NCBI GenBank assembly: GCA_965203485.1 | Contig: OZ241892.1 | Location: 3,264,001-3,328,000 of the forward strand | Length of the DNA: 64,000 nt | Reading direction: 5' to 3' | Source of the DNA: Longimicrobiales bacterium | Lineage (GTDB): Bacteria > Gemmatimonadota > Gemmatimonadetes > Longimicrobiales > Gaopeijiaceae | Shown here: positions 49,571-61,566 of the stretch, piece after piece | How positions within the stretch are numbered: the first letter of the stretch is position 1 | Layout of the letters: each line of letters starts with the position of its first letter | Position numbers and translations under genes: made by a program | Notes under the pieces: model-generated | The model's input: the letters and a program-made list of their open reading frames with translations, nothing else | What the model was told of the DNA's origin: nothing | The model's database searches: none

Positions 49571-50388
49571 GAAACGAGTGCGCAAGCGCGGGACGCCAAG
49601 TCGCCGCCGACGCAGGCTGCGAGATCCGGCCTATCCGGAGCCAAGAGGAGTTGGCCGCGTGCGTGGCGCTTCAGGGCGAGACGTGGGGCCGGGCCTACTC
49701 CGACATCGTCCCGGCGAGCATGCTCCAGGTGGCGGCCAAGATGGGGGGCGTGGTGACGGGCGCGTTCGACGTCCGGGGCGGCCTGCTCGGGTTCGTCTAC
49801 GGCATCACGGGACTGCGCGGCGGCGAGACGGCGCACTGGTCGCACATGCTGGCCGTCCGCGAGGGGGCCCGCGACCGGGGCATCGGCGCCGCGCTCAAGT
49901 GGAGGCAGCGCGAAGAGCTCCGCGCGATGGGAGTCGCGACCGTCTATTGGACCTTCGACCCGCTGGTGGCCCGCAACGCGCACCTCAACATCAACCGGCT
50001 GGGCGCCGAGGTGCAGGAATACGTGCGCGACTTCTACGGCGCGTCCGGGAGCGAGCTCCACGAACTGGGCACGGACCGGTTCGTGGTGAAGTGGCGCTTG
50101 GACGACGCGGGCCGTCGCCGCCGCGGTCGAGGGACTGGCGGCGGCGCGGCCGCCGGGCTCGGGCCGGGCGGGCCGGAACAGGACGCAAGAGAGCCCGGGC
50201 GCTTGGCGGAGGTCGTCGTGCCGAGCGACATAGACGCGCTTCGAGCCGATTCGAAGGAGGCTGCGCTGGCATGGCGGCGGTCGAGCCGGGAGGCGTTCGC
50301 TTCTCTGCTTCGGGAGGGCTACCGGGTGCGCGGCTTCCAGCCCGGGCCGGAACGCGCGCGCTACGTGCTGGCGCTCGAAGAAGGCTGA
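49567..50388 (+). CDS. GNAT family acyltransferase (COG3375-like)
   Basis: HWSHMLAV, GIGAALK, WTFDPLVARNAHLN, TDRF. Confidence 0.85.
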   Translation: MRNECASAGRQVAADAGCEIRPIRSQEELAACVALQGETWGRAYSDIVPASMLQVAAKMGGVVTGAFDVRGGLLGFVYGITGLRGGETAHWSHMLAVREGARDRGIGAALKWRQREELRAMGVATVYWTFDPLVARNAHLNINRLGAEVQEYVRDFYGASGSELHELGTDRFVVKWRLDDAGRRRRGRGTGGGAAAGLGPGGPEQDAREPGRLAEVVVPSDIDALRADSKEAALAWRRSSREAFASLLREGYRVRGFQPGPERARYVLALEEG

Positions 50389-50431
50389 GGCGCGGGCGGC
50401 ATCCTCCGTGCGGGGGCGCGGGCGCGCCGAC

Positions 50432-51637
50432 TCAGCGCGCGCAGATCGGCGGAGCTTCGTAGTCCAGGTTCAGGATGCGGGCGTAGCTCTGGCCCAGGGC
50501 GATGTTGCGGAACGCCTCGTCGGACAGGTGCTGATTGATGCTGCTCGTCACCGCCAGCTCTTCCTTGTACGTCTCGAAATCCTTGTTGCGCGAGGCGAGA
50601 AAGTCGGTCCCGGTCAGGATTCGCTCGGAGTGGGCGTTGAAGAAGTCGACATAGACCGCGCGTTCCTCGGGATGGGCGAAGTAGTGGTCGTGGACGACGC
50701 GCCACGAGATGTCCAGGAAGAGGTTGGGATGACCAGCGAGCAGCCGCTCGAGCAGCTCGACGTGGTGCGCCGCGTCCAGATCGGTCAGCTGCAGCGACAG
50801 ACCCATGTGGACCCAAACGATCTTGTTAGAAGCGTACGTCTCCAACATGCGTTCGATGAGCGGCAGGTGGGCGAGCGGCGCGTCGTCGTTACCCAGATCG
50901 GCATGCACCGACAAGGGAATGCCTCGCTCGCGCAGCACGTCCATGAAGGGCGCCCAATGCTCGATCACCGTGTCCGCCGCGGCCGTGCGATGGTTTCCGT
51001 ATATCGCCTGCTTGACCAAGTTGACTTCGCCCATCCACCTGAACATCCCCGGAAATTCCTTGTCCAACAAAGCGATTCCAGGAAGAACGGAACTCGGTTG
51101 CGTCAAGTCCGGGAACGTCATCGCCAGCGTCAGGAGAAGGTCCGGCGGCGGATTGGCCGCGAACGCGGTCGCGTTGGCGAAGTCGTTGCGCAGCGAAGGC
51201 GCGACGGGGGTCCCGGGGCAGTCCAGGTAGTAGGCGCAGGACGAGGACGCGGGCAGGACCTGTCCGATGCCCATCACGGTCGCGAAGCGCACGCCGGCGT
51301 CCCTCAGGTAGCCGGCCACTTCGTCGAACGGAATGGCGGGTCCGTTGAACGGACGGAAGTGGATGTGGGCGTCCACAATCGACGTATGGGGCCGAACGGC
51401 GCGGTCGAAGCAGGCCGTGTCGGGGCGCTGGGGCGCTTCGTGGCCGGCTGGGCGCGTCTGCCCGGCGGACTCGGAGGGTCCGGCTGTCCGGGTCGTCGCG
51501 TCGGCCTGCGTTGCCGGGCCGGGTGCAGGTTGCGTTGCCGCCGCCGGGTCGCCGAAGCTCCCGGCCGCGCGGCTCGGGACTCCTCCGAGCAACACGACGA
51601 ACGCGAGGATGGCGCCTGGTCGTCTCATGCTCTTCAA
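50432..51637 (-). CDS. Secreted amidohydrolase-family protein
   Basis: DAHIH, GEVN, VHAD, WVHMG, GTDF; signal peptide. Confidence 0.85.
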   Translation of the reverse strand: MKSMRRPGAILAFVVLLGGVPSRAAGSFGDPAAATQPAPGPATQADATTRTAGPSESAGQTRPAGHEAPQRPDTACFDRAVRPHTSIVDAHIHFRPFNGPAIPFDEVAGYLRDAGVRFATVMGIGQVLPASSSCAYYLDCPGTPVAPSLRNDFANATAFAANPPPDLLLTLAMTFPDLTQPSSVLPGIALLDKEFPGMFRWMGEVNLVKQAIYGNHRTAAADTVIEHWAPFMDVLRERGIPLSVHADLGNDDAPLAHLPLIERMLETYASNKIVWVHMGLSLQLTDLDAAHHVELLERLLAGHPNLFLDISWRVVHDHYFAHPEERAVYVDFFNAHSERILTGTDFLASRNKDFETYKEELAVTSSINQHLSDEAFRNIALGQSYARILNLDYEAPPICAR

Positions 51638-51869
51638 GCTAGCGAACGGAACGCGGCCGCGCTTCCCTCCGATCCTTCATGAGGCGCCGCGTGATGTTCG
51701 CCGCCGCCTTACATTGTCGAAGCCGGCGGTCCTCCGGCGCCCGTCGTCTGCTCGGCCTTGCGCCGGTTTCGGCGGGCTTTGCTTGCCGTGCGGATCAGGG
51801 GCCGCCCCCGCGTAGACGGCATCGTCGCGGACGGTCGGCGCCGACCTTCTCCAAGAGGCCATCTGACGC

Positions 51870-53046
<1,177 letters not shown>

Positions 53047-53221
53047 CGGTCGGCCTGCCAGGAGACGGCGTTGAAGTCGCACGCGAGCGCTCCGTCCGAT
53101 TCCGCTGCGGCCTCTTCGGACCGCCGGGGTTACATTGTCGGATCCGGGGGCCTTTCGGCGCCCGCCGCTCGGCGCGCGGACTGGGCGCCGTTCGCCGACC
53201 TTCCCGGGATACTCTCGACTC

Positions 53222-53935
53222 GTGAGACCGGAAGCCCTTTTCTTCAGCCGCGCTCGCGTGCGCCTTCGTCCGGCGTTCGCCGGGGCCTTGTGCTTGGCCG
53301 CCTTCGCCGCGCCGGTCTCGGCTCAAGGGTTCGGCATCGCGGCGCGCGCGGGAACCACGGGCGTGGGCCCGGAGGCTTCGTTTCGAGTCGGGTCGGTCGT
53401 GTTTCGCGGCTCATACGGGCTGTTGCCGGTCACCGTCAACGCGACCCGCTACTTCGACATCGACGGGGTGGAGCGCGCCAAGATCGAGTTGCCCGGCAAC
53501 TGGTTCACGGTCGGCGCGGACTTGGCGCTCGGCGGCTTCTTCCGCATCGGCGCGGGCGTGCTGCACAAGCCGGGCGACTTCAAGGCCACCGTCGTGTTCA
53601 AGTCGGACACTGTGCGCATCGGCGGCGAGCCGTACCTGCCGGACGTGATCACGGCGCTCGAAGGCGGCTACTCCTCCCGCGCCACGGTGCCGTTCGCTCT
53701 GATCGGCTTCGGGACCAGCGCGCCGGCCGGGTTCGGCGTCTCGATCGACTTGGGCGTGGCGTTCGCGGGCGACGCCGCGCTGAACCTGTCGGCGCAGGGA
53801 CGCCCCGAAGTGGTCGACACGGACGCGTTTCGGGCGGCTTTGGAACGCGAGGAGAGGCGAGTCGAAGACCGGGCCGGCAAGTATCTGAAGTACTGGCCGG
53901 TGGTCAACGTGCGCCTTCGCTTCGGGTTCGGCTGA
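53222..53935 (+). CDS. Hypothetical outer-membrane beta-barrel protein
   Basis: Signal peptide SAQ, RAGTTGVG, PFALIGFG, terminal beta strand. Confidence 0.75.
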   Translation: MRPEALFFSRARVRLRPAFAGALCLAAFAAPVSAQGFGIAARAGTTGVGPEASFRVGSVVFRGSYGLLPVTVNATRYFDIDGVERAKIELPGNWFTVGADLALGGFFRIGAGVLHKPGDFKATVVFKSDTVRIGGEPYLPDVITALEGGYSSRATVPFALIGFGTSAPAGFGVSIDLGVAFAGDAALNLSAQGRPEVVDTDAFRAALEREERRVEDRAGKYLKYWPVVNVRLRFGFG

Positions 53936-53962
53936 GGCGGCAAGCACGGGAGGGACGGGGAA

Positions 53963-55012
53963 ATGGGCATGCGCCTCTTGATCGGGACGGCGAAGGGCGG
54001 ATTCTGGGCGACGAGCCGCGACCGCAGGACTTGGGACGTGCGCGGGCCGATCTTCAAGGGATGGAAGGTGACGACGGCGCTTCGCCTGAAGGACGGGCGC
54101 GTCATGGCCGCGGTGGCGAGCGACGTCTACGGTCCCGCGTTGCAGGTCACGAGCGACTTGGAGGAATGGCGGCAGGCGCCGGCGGGACCGGCCTACGCGG
54201 AAGGGGGCGACCGGCGGCTGCGCGAGATTTGGCGGCTGGGCGAGAACGCCGGCGTGCTGTACGCGGGCGTCCAGGACGCGGGACTCTTCGCGAGCGACGA
54301 CGGCGGCTCGCGCTGGCGGGCGGTGGAAGGGCTGAACGAGCACCGAACGCGGAACGGATGGCTGCCCGGCGCGGGCGGCCTGTGTTGCCACGCGCTCCTG
54401 TTCGGCGACGAGCCGGGCCGCATGTGGTGCGGCATATCGGCCGTCGGCGTGTTCCGCACGGACGACGGCGGCCGGACGTGGACGCCGAAGAACCACGGCG
54501 TTCCCGTCGCCATCGAGGACAAGGAGCACAAGGACATCGGGACCTGCGTGCACGGGCTGGCCCAGGACCCCGACGATCCCGACCGGCTGTTCCGCCAGGA
54601 CCACTTGGGCATGTTCCGCAGCGCGGACGGCGGCGACCGCTGGGAGCGCAACGAGACCGGCCTTCCGTCGGCGTTCGGCTTTCCCATCGTGATCGATCGT
54701 CCCACGAAGGCGCTCTTCGTCGTCCCGCAGGAGAGCGACCAGCGCCGCCTGCCGCCCGGAGGAGCGCTGCAGGTCTTCCGCAGCGTCGACGGGGGCGACA
54801 GCTGGCAGTCCGCCTCGAACGGCCTGCCGGCGCGCAACTTCTTCGGCACCGTCCTGCGCGGCGCAATGGCCGTGGACGACCTGGAGCCGGGCGGCGTCTA
54901 CTTCGGGACGTCCGCCGGCACGGTGCACGCGAGCGCCGACCTGGGGGAGAGCTGGACCACCCTGCCGGTGGCGTTGCCGCGCGTCCTGCACGTCTCGGCG
55001 TGGGCCGAGTGA
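53963..55012 (+). CDS. BNR/Asp-box beta-propeller (sialidase-like) protein
   Basis: Repeated SxDGGxxW boxes; LLIGTAKG N-terminus; no signal peptide. Confidence 0.88.
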   Translation: MGMRLLIGTAKGGFWATSRDRRTWDVRGPIFKGWKVTTALRLKDGRVMAAVASDVYGPALQVTSDLEEWRQAPAGPAYAEGGDRRLREIWRLGENAGVLYAGVQDAGLFASDDGGSRWRAVEGLNEHRTRNGWLPGAGGLCCHALLFGDEPGRMWCGISAVGVFRTDDGGRTWTPKNHGVPVAIEDKEHKDIGTCVHGLAQDPDDPDRLFRQDHLGMFRSADGGDRWERNETGLPSAFGFPIVIDRPTKALFVVPQESDQRRLPPGGALQVFRSVDGGDSWQSASNGLPARNFFGTVLRGAMAVDDLEPGGVYFGTSAGTVHASADLGESWTTLPVALPRVLHVSAWAE

Positions 55013-55046
55013 CGGCGCGAGCGAGCGTGTTCGCCCGCGCGGGCTG

Positions 55047-55325
55047 ATGCCGACCGCCACGGTTTCGCTTCCCTCGTTGCTGGAGCCGGCGACGGACGGC
55101 GTTCGCGAATTCGCGGTGTCGGGCCGCACCCTGGGCGAGGCGTTCGCCGACCTCGTCCAGCGAGAGCCGCGCCTGAAGCCTCATCTGTTCGACGAGACCG
55201 GCGGCCTGCGCGAACACGTGCTGTGCTTCCACAACGGCACGAACACGCGTTGGCTGGACGGCTGGGACGGGACGCTCGCGGACGGCGACACGATCCTCTT
55301 CATGCAGGCCGTCTCCGGAGGGTGA
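55047..55325 (+). CDS. MoaD/ThiS ubiquitin-like protein
   Basis: 92 aa beta-grasp, ends AVSGG. Confidence 0.92.
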   Translation: MPTATVSLPSLLEPATDGVREFAVSGRTLGEAFADLVQREPRLKPHLFDETGGLREHVLCFHNGTNTRWLDGWDGTLADGDTILFMQAVSGG

Positions 55326-56968
55326 CGGCGCCGACGGTGCAGGAGGATCGCGCGCTGGAGCGTCGCCGCTTCCTCAAGGCCGCAGTAGTTGCGGGCACGG
55401 CGAGCGCCCTGGGCCCGCGTTCCCTGGACGCGCTCGAAGGCGCCGAGTCGGTTGCGGCGGCGGCCGCGGCCCAGGATTCGCCGCCTCCGCTTCCCTTGGG
55501 CAACGCGGAGCCCCCGGCCTTCCATTTCCAGGCCCATCCGGGCGGCACGGGCGCCCTCATGGAACGCCTTTGGCGCGAACACGGAGGCCGCGCGTTCGAG
55601 CGCGAAGCGATCGCGGTGGATTCCTGGCGCGGCGACGCGCCGGCCACGGAAGAGGACTTGGCCTTCCTGCCCGCGCACCGCCTGGGAGCGCTCCTCCGCG
55701 CCCGCCGCGTCTCGCCCGTGGACGTCGCCGAGATCTACTTGGAGCGGCTCAAGCGGTACGATCCGGCGTTGCTCTGCGCAGTCACGATCCTGGAAGGCCG
55801 CGCCCGCGAGGAGGCCCAGCAAGCCGAGGCCGACATCCGCGCGGGCGACTGGCGCGGACCGCTCCACGGCGTCCCCTACGGCATCAAGGACTTGTTCGCC
55901 GTGGCCGGCACCCGCACGACGTGGGGCGCGGCCGGCTTCAGCTCGCGCTTCACCCGCGAGGATTCGGAGATCGCCGCGCGCCTGCGGCGGGCCGGCGCCG
56001 TTCTGATCGCCAAGCTGGCCACGGGCGAGTTCGCGCGCGGCGACCGCTGGTACCGGGGCCGCACGCTCAACCCGTGGAACCTGGAGGAAGGATCGAGCGG
56101 CTCGTCGGCCGGACCGGGCTCCGCGACCGCGGCCGCGTGCGTGGGGTTCGCCATAGGGACCGAGACCCAAGGGTCCATTGTGTCGCCCTCGAGGCGGTGC
56201 GGTCTGACCGCCCTGCGCCCCACCTTCGGCCGGGTCAGCAGGCACGGCGGCATGGTCCTCGCCTGGAGCATGGACAAGGTGGGGCCGATGTGCCGCAGCG
56301 CGCTCGACTGCGCGCTCGTCTTCAATGCGATTCACGGCGCCGACGAGAAGGACCCCGGCTCGCTCACCGCGCCCTTCCGCTTCGACGCGTCCGTGGACCT
56401 GTCGTCGCTGCGGATCGGCTACGCGGAGGACGCGCCCGAGGACTTCCTGGACCAGTTGCGCGCGCTCGGCGCCGATCCTCGTCCAATGCCGGTTCTGCCG
56501 GAAGGCCGCTCGAACGCGCTCGCCGTGGAGTCCTCGGCGGCCTTCGACTTCCACGTCGCCCCGGCAGGCGAGCCGGAGCCGTTGCCGGAAGGCATGGACC
56601 CGGCCGAACGCCGCCGCCGGGGACGCTTCCGTTCCGGGCGCGACATCTCCGCCCTCGACTTCGTGCAGTCGCAGCGCCGCCGCCTCCTGCTCATGCGCCG
56701 GATGGACGAGGCCATGCGCGACTTCGACATGTTCGCCAGCGACTCCGGCCTGGTCGGCCTGACGAACCAGACCGGCCACCCAGCCGTCGTCGTGCCCTAC
56801 GGGTTCGGCGCGCGCAACCCGGACGACGACAGTCCCACCGAAATGCCGCTGACCACGACGCTGATCGGCCAGCTGTTCGCGGACGACAAGCTGCTCGGCG
56901 TCGCCCATGCGCTTCAAGGCGCCAGCGACTGGCATGCCCGCCGGCCGCCGCTCGCCATGCCGTCGTGA
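55322..56968 (+). CDS. Amidase signature family protein with Tat signal
   Basis: ERRRFLK, GPLHGVPYGIKD, GSSGSSAG, GTETQGSI; GTGA overlap. Confidence 0.92.
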   Translation: MTAPTVQEDRALERRRFLKAAVVAGTASALGPRSLDALEGAESVAAAAAAQDSPPPLPLGNAEPPAFHFQAHPGGTGALMERLWREHGGRAFEREAIAVDSWRGDAPATEEDLAFLPAHRLGALLRARRVSPVDVAEIYLERLKRYDPALLCAVTILEGRAREEAQQAEADIRAGDWRGPLHGVPYGIKDLFAVAGTRTTWGAAGFSSRFTREDSEIAARLRRAGAVLIAKLATGEFARGDRWYRGRTLNPWNLEEGSSGSSAGPGSATAAACVGFAIGTETQGSIVSPSRRCGLTALRPTFGRVSRHGGMVLAWSMDKVGPMCRSALDCALVFNAIHGADEKDPGSLTAPFRFDASVDLSSLRIGYAEDAPEDFLDQLRALGADPRPMPVLPEGRSNALAVESSAAFDFHVAPAGEPEPLPEGMDPAERRRRGRFRSGRDISALDFVQSQRRRLLLMRRMDEAMRDFDMFASDSGLVGLTNQTGHPAVVVPYGFGARNPDDDSPTEMPLTTTLIGQLFADDKLLGVAHALQGASDWHARRPPLAMPS

Positions 56969-56981
56969 GACGGACGTGCCG

Positions 56982-59900
56982 ATGAGCGACCGACAGCGTC
57001 GGCCGGAGTCGCAGGCCGCGTTGGATCTTCGCCGCGACCAGCCCATCCGCGTCCCATTCGAGCGCATCTTCGCCGACGCCGGCACGACGACCGAGAAGGG
57101 CCGCTGGTTCGAACATCTGTTCATGGCCGTCGCGCGCGAGCTGCCCGACTTTCAGGTGACTGAAATCTGGACGTGGCGAGAGTGGCCGGAACGACTCCAG
57201 CGGACGGGACAAGACGGGCGCGACACCGGCATCGATCTTGTTGCGCGCTTGGCGGACGGCAGCCTCGTGGCGGTGCAGTGCAAGTGCTACGACCGCGAGC
57301 ACCGCGTCTCCAAGCCGGACGTGGACAGCTTCGTCAGCGCTTCGGACGGCGACGTCTTCGACCTGCGCTGGATCGTGTCCACCTGCGCCTGGAACGCGAA
57401 CGCCGAGGGCGCCATCCGCAACAAGCGGCCGGAAGTCCGCCGAATCGACTTCCTGAACTATCTGGACCAAACGATCCTCGAGCTGGGCAAGCCCGCCGAG
57501 CAGAGGGATCCCAAGCCGTTGCAGCAGGCGGCCATCGAGGCCGTGGTGGACGGCTTGGCGCGGCAAGGGCACGACCGCGGCAAGCTCGTCATGGCGTGCG
57601 GGACGGGCAAGACGTTCACGTCCCTTCGCATTGCCGAACGCCTTGTGCCCGACGACGGCCGCATTCTCTTTGCGGCGCCCACGATTTCGCTGGTCTCGCA
57701 GGCCAGACGGGAATGGCTGACGCATTCGGTCCGCCCGATGTCGGCGCTGGTGGTCTGCTCGGACAGCACGGCCGGCGGCAGGGGCGAGCGACACGAAGTG
57801 GGACCCGACGACATGGTGTGCGCCGTCCTGACCGACCCGGCCGCCGTGACCGCGCACCTGGCGGAGGGGGACGGACTGAAGGCCGTCTTCTGCACCTATC
57901 AGTCTCTCGACGTCGTGGTGAGGGCGCAGCGGGAGGAAGACGGCCCGGACTTCGACTTGGCCGTTGCCGACGAGGCCCACCGGACCACGGGCATCGACGT
58001 GGCCGACCGCAAGGTCAACTTCCAGCACTTCCACCACCGGCTGAACGCGGCTCGGCGCATCTACATGACGGCCACGGAGCGCATCTACAAGGCGAGCTCC
58101 AAGGCCAAGGCGAAGGCGAAGGGCTTCGACGTGGTGGACATGTCCGACGTGGACCGGTACGGGCCCTTGCTCCACAGGCTCAAGTTCAAGGACGCGGTGG
58201 AGGCGGGCGACTTGTCGGACTACCGGGTGATCGTGCTGGGGGTTCACGAGAGGCACCTGACGCCCAAGATTCGCGAGTCGTTGCAAGAGGCCGACCCGAA
58301 GGCGAAAGTCGACGAGAACGACCTGCTTCGGCTGTACGGAACCGCGCTCGCGATGAACGGATACGTGCGGGGCGGATCCGTCGAAGTGCCGGATCGGTTG
58401 CCGCGCACGTTGGCCTTCGCCTCGCGAATCAACCGCTCCAAGTGGTTCGCCGAGACGCTTTCGGGCAACCGAACGCTGAAGAGCCAGATCACTCACAAGC
58501 TGGCCAAGGGCGTGCACGCGCTGACGGTCGAGGCCGTGCACCTCGATGCGAGCGCCAGCGCCATCGAGCGCGCCGAAAAGCTTCGCTGGCTCAACGACGC
58601 GACGCGATCCGGCGAGTCGCGAATGATCTGCAACGTCCGTCTCTTCTCGGAGGGAGTGGACGTGCCGGCGCTGGACGCCGTCTCGTTCCTCGATCCGCGC
58701 GCGAGCCAGATCGACATCGTGCAGTCCGTGGGACGCGTGATGCGAAGGGCCGAAGGCAAGCGGTTCGGCTACATCATCGTGCCCGTGGCTCTCGACGAAG
58801 GCGAAGACGTCGCCGACAAGCTGGCGTCGCGCAACGACGACTACCGCGCGATCGGCCAAGTGCTGCGCGCCTTGCAGTCGCACGACGAAAGGCTGGCGGA
58901 AGCCTACGGCACGTTCGTGTCGGCGCACCAGACGGCGCCGAAGCCGGATTGGTCCGCGGGAGCCGGAGACGGATGGGGCGAGCAGTCCACCGAGACGGAA
59001 CAACAGCTTCCCCTCGACCTCGATCCCGTCGATGCCGCCAGCATCTACACGCACATTGCCGCCGCTTCCGGCCTGGGAAAGCCCGGCCAGCTCACCGCCG
59101 AGACCATCGAAGACGCCGTGAAGTGCGCGGCTGCCTTCTTCCGAGCGGACGATTCCGCCCTCCAGTCCGCGCGCGCCGTCCTGGAACTTCCCCGCGCGCC
59201 CGACAAGGAGATCGCCACGGTCGCGGCCCTCCTGCTCTGCAACGCCTGCCTGCTGCACAAGCGGCTGAAGTCCGGTTCGGACGCAATGGCGGACCTCGCG
59301 GGCCTGGACGCCGTTGCCCGCGCAAGAGATCCCGTGGGTCTCTTGACCGCTTCCTGGAAGGCGATCTTGGCGACGGACTACGAGCCCGTCTTCCGGCCCG
59401 CCCTGGCGCTCCTGGCAGGCTTTTCCGTCGCCCCCCCCCCCCCCCGAAAATCCCGATGGGGATGCCAAGAACGACGAAGTGCGCAGGGCCGTCCAACTGC
59501 TCGCGGAACGCGCGGAGAGCTTGGCCGAATCGCTCAACGAACTGGGCTACGATCATGCCGGGCCGTTGTATCACCGAATCCTCGGCAACGCGGAGAGCGA
59601 CGGCGCCTTCTACACGAACAACGTTTCCGCGCTCATGCTGGCGGGCTTGGCGCTCTCGCCCGATCTCGTCGACTGGAGCGACTACAAGGCCGCGACCGGC
59701 CTGCGAATCCTCGATCCCGCGTGCGGCACGGGCACGTTGCTCATGGCCGCGCTCAAGACGATCAAGGACCGCGGAATCGAGCACGGCGCGTTTGACGAAG
59801 GCGCCCTTGCTCAAGCGCACAAGGACCTCGTAGAACGGTCCATCCACGGCGTGGACATCAACTACCACGCCACCCAGCTCGCCGCGTCCAACCTCACGCT

Positions 59901-61443
59901 GGGAGCGCCGAGCGTCAGCTACAGGGCCATGTCGGTGCACACGCTGCAGCACGGTCCGCAACCCGACGGCTCGGTGCGCCTGGGAAGCCTGGAACTGCTC
60001 CGCGACGCGGTGGGGGGCCGACGGCCCGACTTGTTCGGATTCGCCAAGACCGCCAAGATGGTGGACCAGAGCCGCCCCGACAGACACGGCCGCGCGTTGG
60101 ACGTCCGGGACCAGGACGTCGTGTTGATGAACCCGCCGTTCACGGCCAACGACAAGCGCGGACGAAAGTACGACAAGGCCGACCTGAAGCGAATGCAGCG
60201 GGAAGAGCAGGAGATTCGCGACGCCGTGGCCGAAGCCGACCGGGAGGTCGGCGAACTCATCGACTTCAACAGCGTGAGCACCTTCTTCACGCCGCTGGCG
60301 GATGCATTGCTCAAGAAGAATGCCGGCGTGCTGGGAAAGGTCCTCCCGACGACCGCCTGCACAAGCACGTCCGGCCTTGCCGAACGCCAGTTCCTTGCGA
60401 GCCGGTTTCACGTCGAGATGATTGTGACGAGTCACGATCCCAAGCGTCCCAACTTCTCCGAGAACACCAGCATTCACGAGTCGCTCCTGGTGTGCAGGCG
60501 CAAGACGAAGCGGAACAGCAATGCCCCGACGCTCTTCGTGTCGCTGGGCCACAAGGTCGAGCGCCCGTCCGAGGTCCAGGAGATCGGCGATTGGCTGGCG
60601 GCCGTGCACGAGCGGCGTCCTCACAAGTGGCATGCGATGTTCGAATGGCCCGAGGCGCGCATGGCCGCGGGCGATTGGTCGCCGGCGCAGTGGTTCGACG
60701 GAGAGCTGGCCCGCGTAGCGGACGAGGTCGAATCGTTGGGAAGCTTGCGCCCGCTGGGGGAGATGGCCCGTGTCGAACCGGCCGGCCAGGCGATTCGCGG
60801 CGCGCTTGTCAATCCGTTGAAGCACGACCCCCGGCCGATGTATCCCGTGATGTGGCGTCACCAGACGGGCGAACAACGAAGGATGCGAAGAGCATCGGCG
60901 GACCACGTGACCGAACCGAAGGCGGCCCGCGAGGACTACGCGCGCGACACATTGTGGCCGATGGCCGGCCGGCTTTTGATTGCGTTGAAGATCAATCCTC
61001 AGGCCGTTCGCACTGCGTCGTTGATGCTCGACAAGCCCGCCCTAGGGAATGCATGGGTACCAGTCACGGAACGCCAAGGAACGCCACCGAAAGCACAGAC
61101 GATCTGGTGTGCCTTCTTGAACTCCACGTTGGGAACGATTCTCCTTCTGAATCGCCGTTCCAAGAAGCTGACGTACTCATCCTATTCCTTGGACCAGTTG
61201 CGAGCCTTGCCGTGTCCCGATCCGCGTGACGCAAACATGGAGCCTCTTGCCAGGGTCTTCGACGAAATCAAGGATCACGACCTGCTGCCGTGGCCGCAAA
61301 TGGATCAATGTCCTGTTCGGGAGCGTCTGGACGCGGCTGTGGGCAAGGCGGCCGGCGTCGGGCCGGCCAGAATCGCTGAATGGCGCGGGAGGCTGGTGAA
61401 GGAGCCGACGATCTCCAACAAGGAGCGACGCGGGCCGGAATGA
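56982..61443 (+). CDS. Type ISP-like R-M enzyme (Mrr-like nuclease, SF2 helicase, N6-MTase, TRD), frameshifted at C15
   Basis: GIDLV..VQCK, MACGTGKT, DEAH, QSVGRVMR in ORF1; DPACGTG, MNPPF in ORF2 (59479..61443). Confidence 0.88.
59431..59445. repeat. Poly-C tract (C15) at frameshift
   Basis: Direct count; C14 joins both ORFs. Confidence 0.95.
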
Positions 61444-61566
61444 CGTAATGGAACGGGGCCGCGCCGGTGCCGTGACCCAACGAATCCATCGGTGCGAGTG
61501 GTGGCGATTGGGCCAGCTTGGCTCGCATTTCTTGCAACGCCGGTCCGCTTGTGCCATCGTAGCCTC

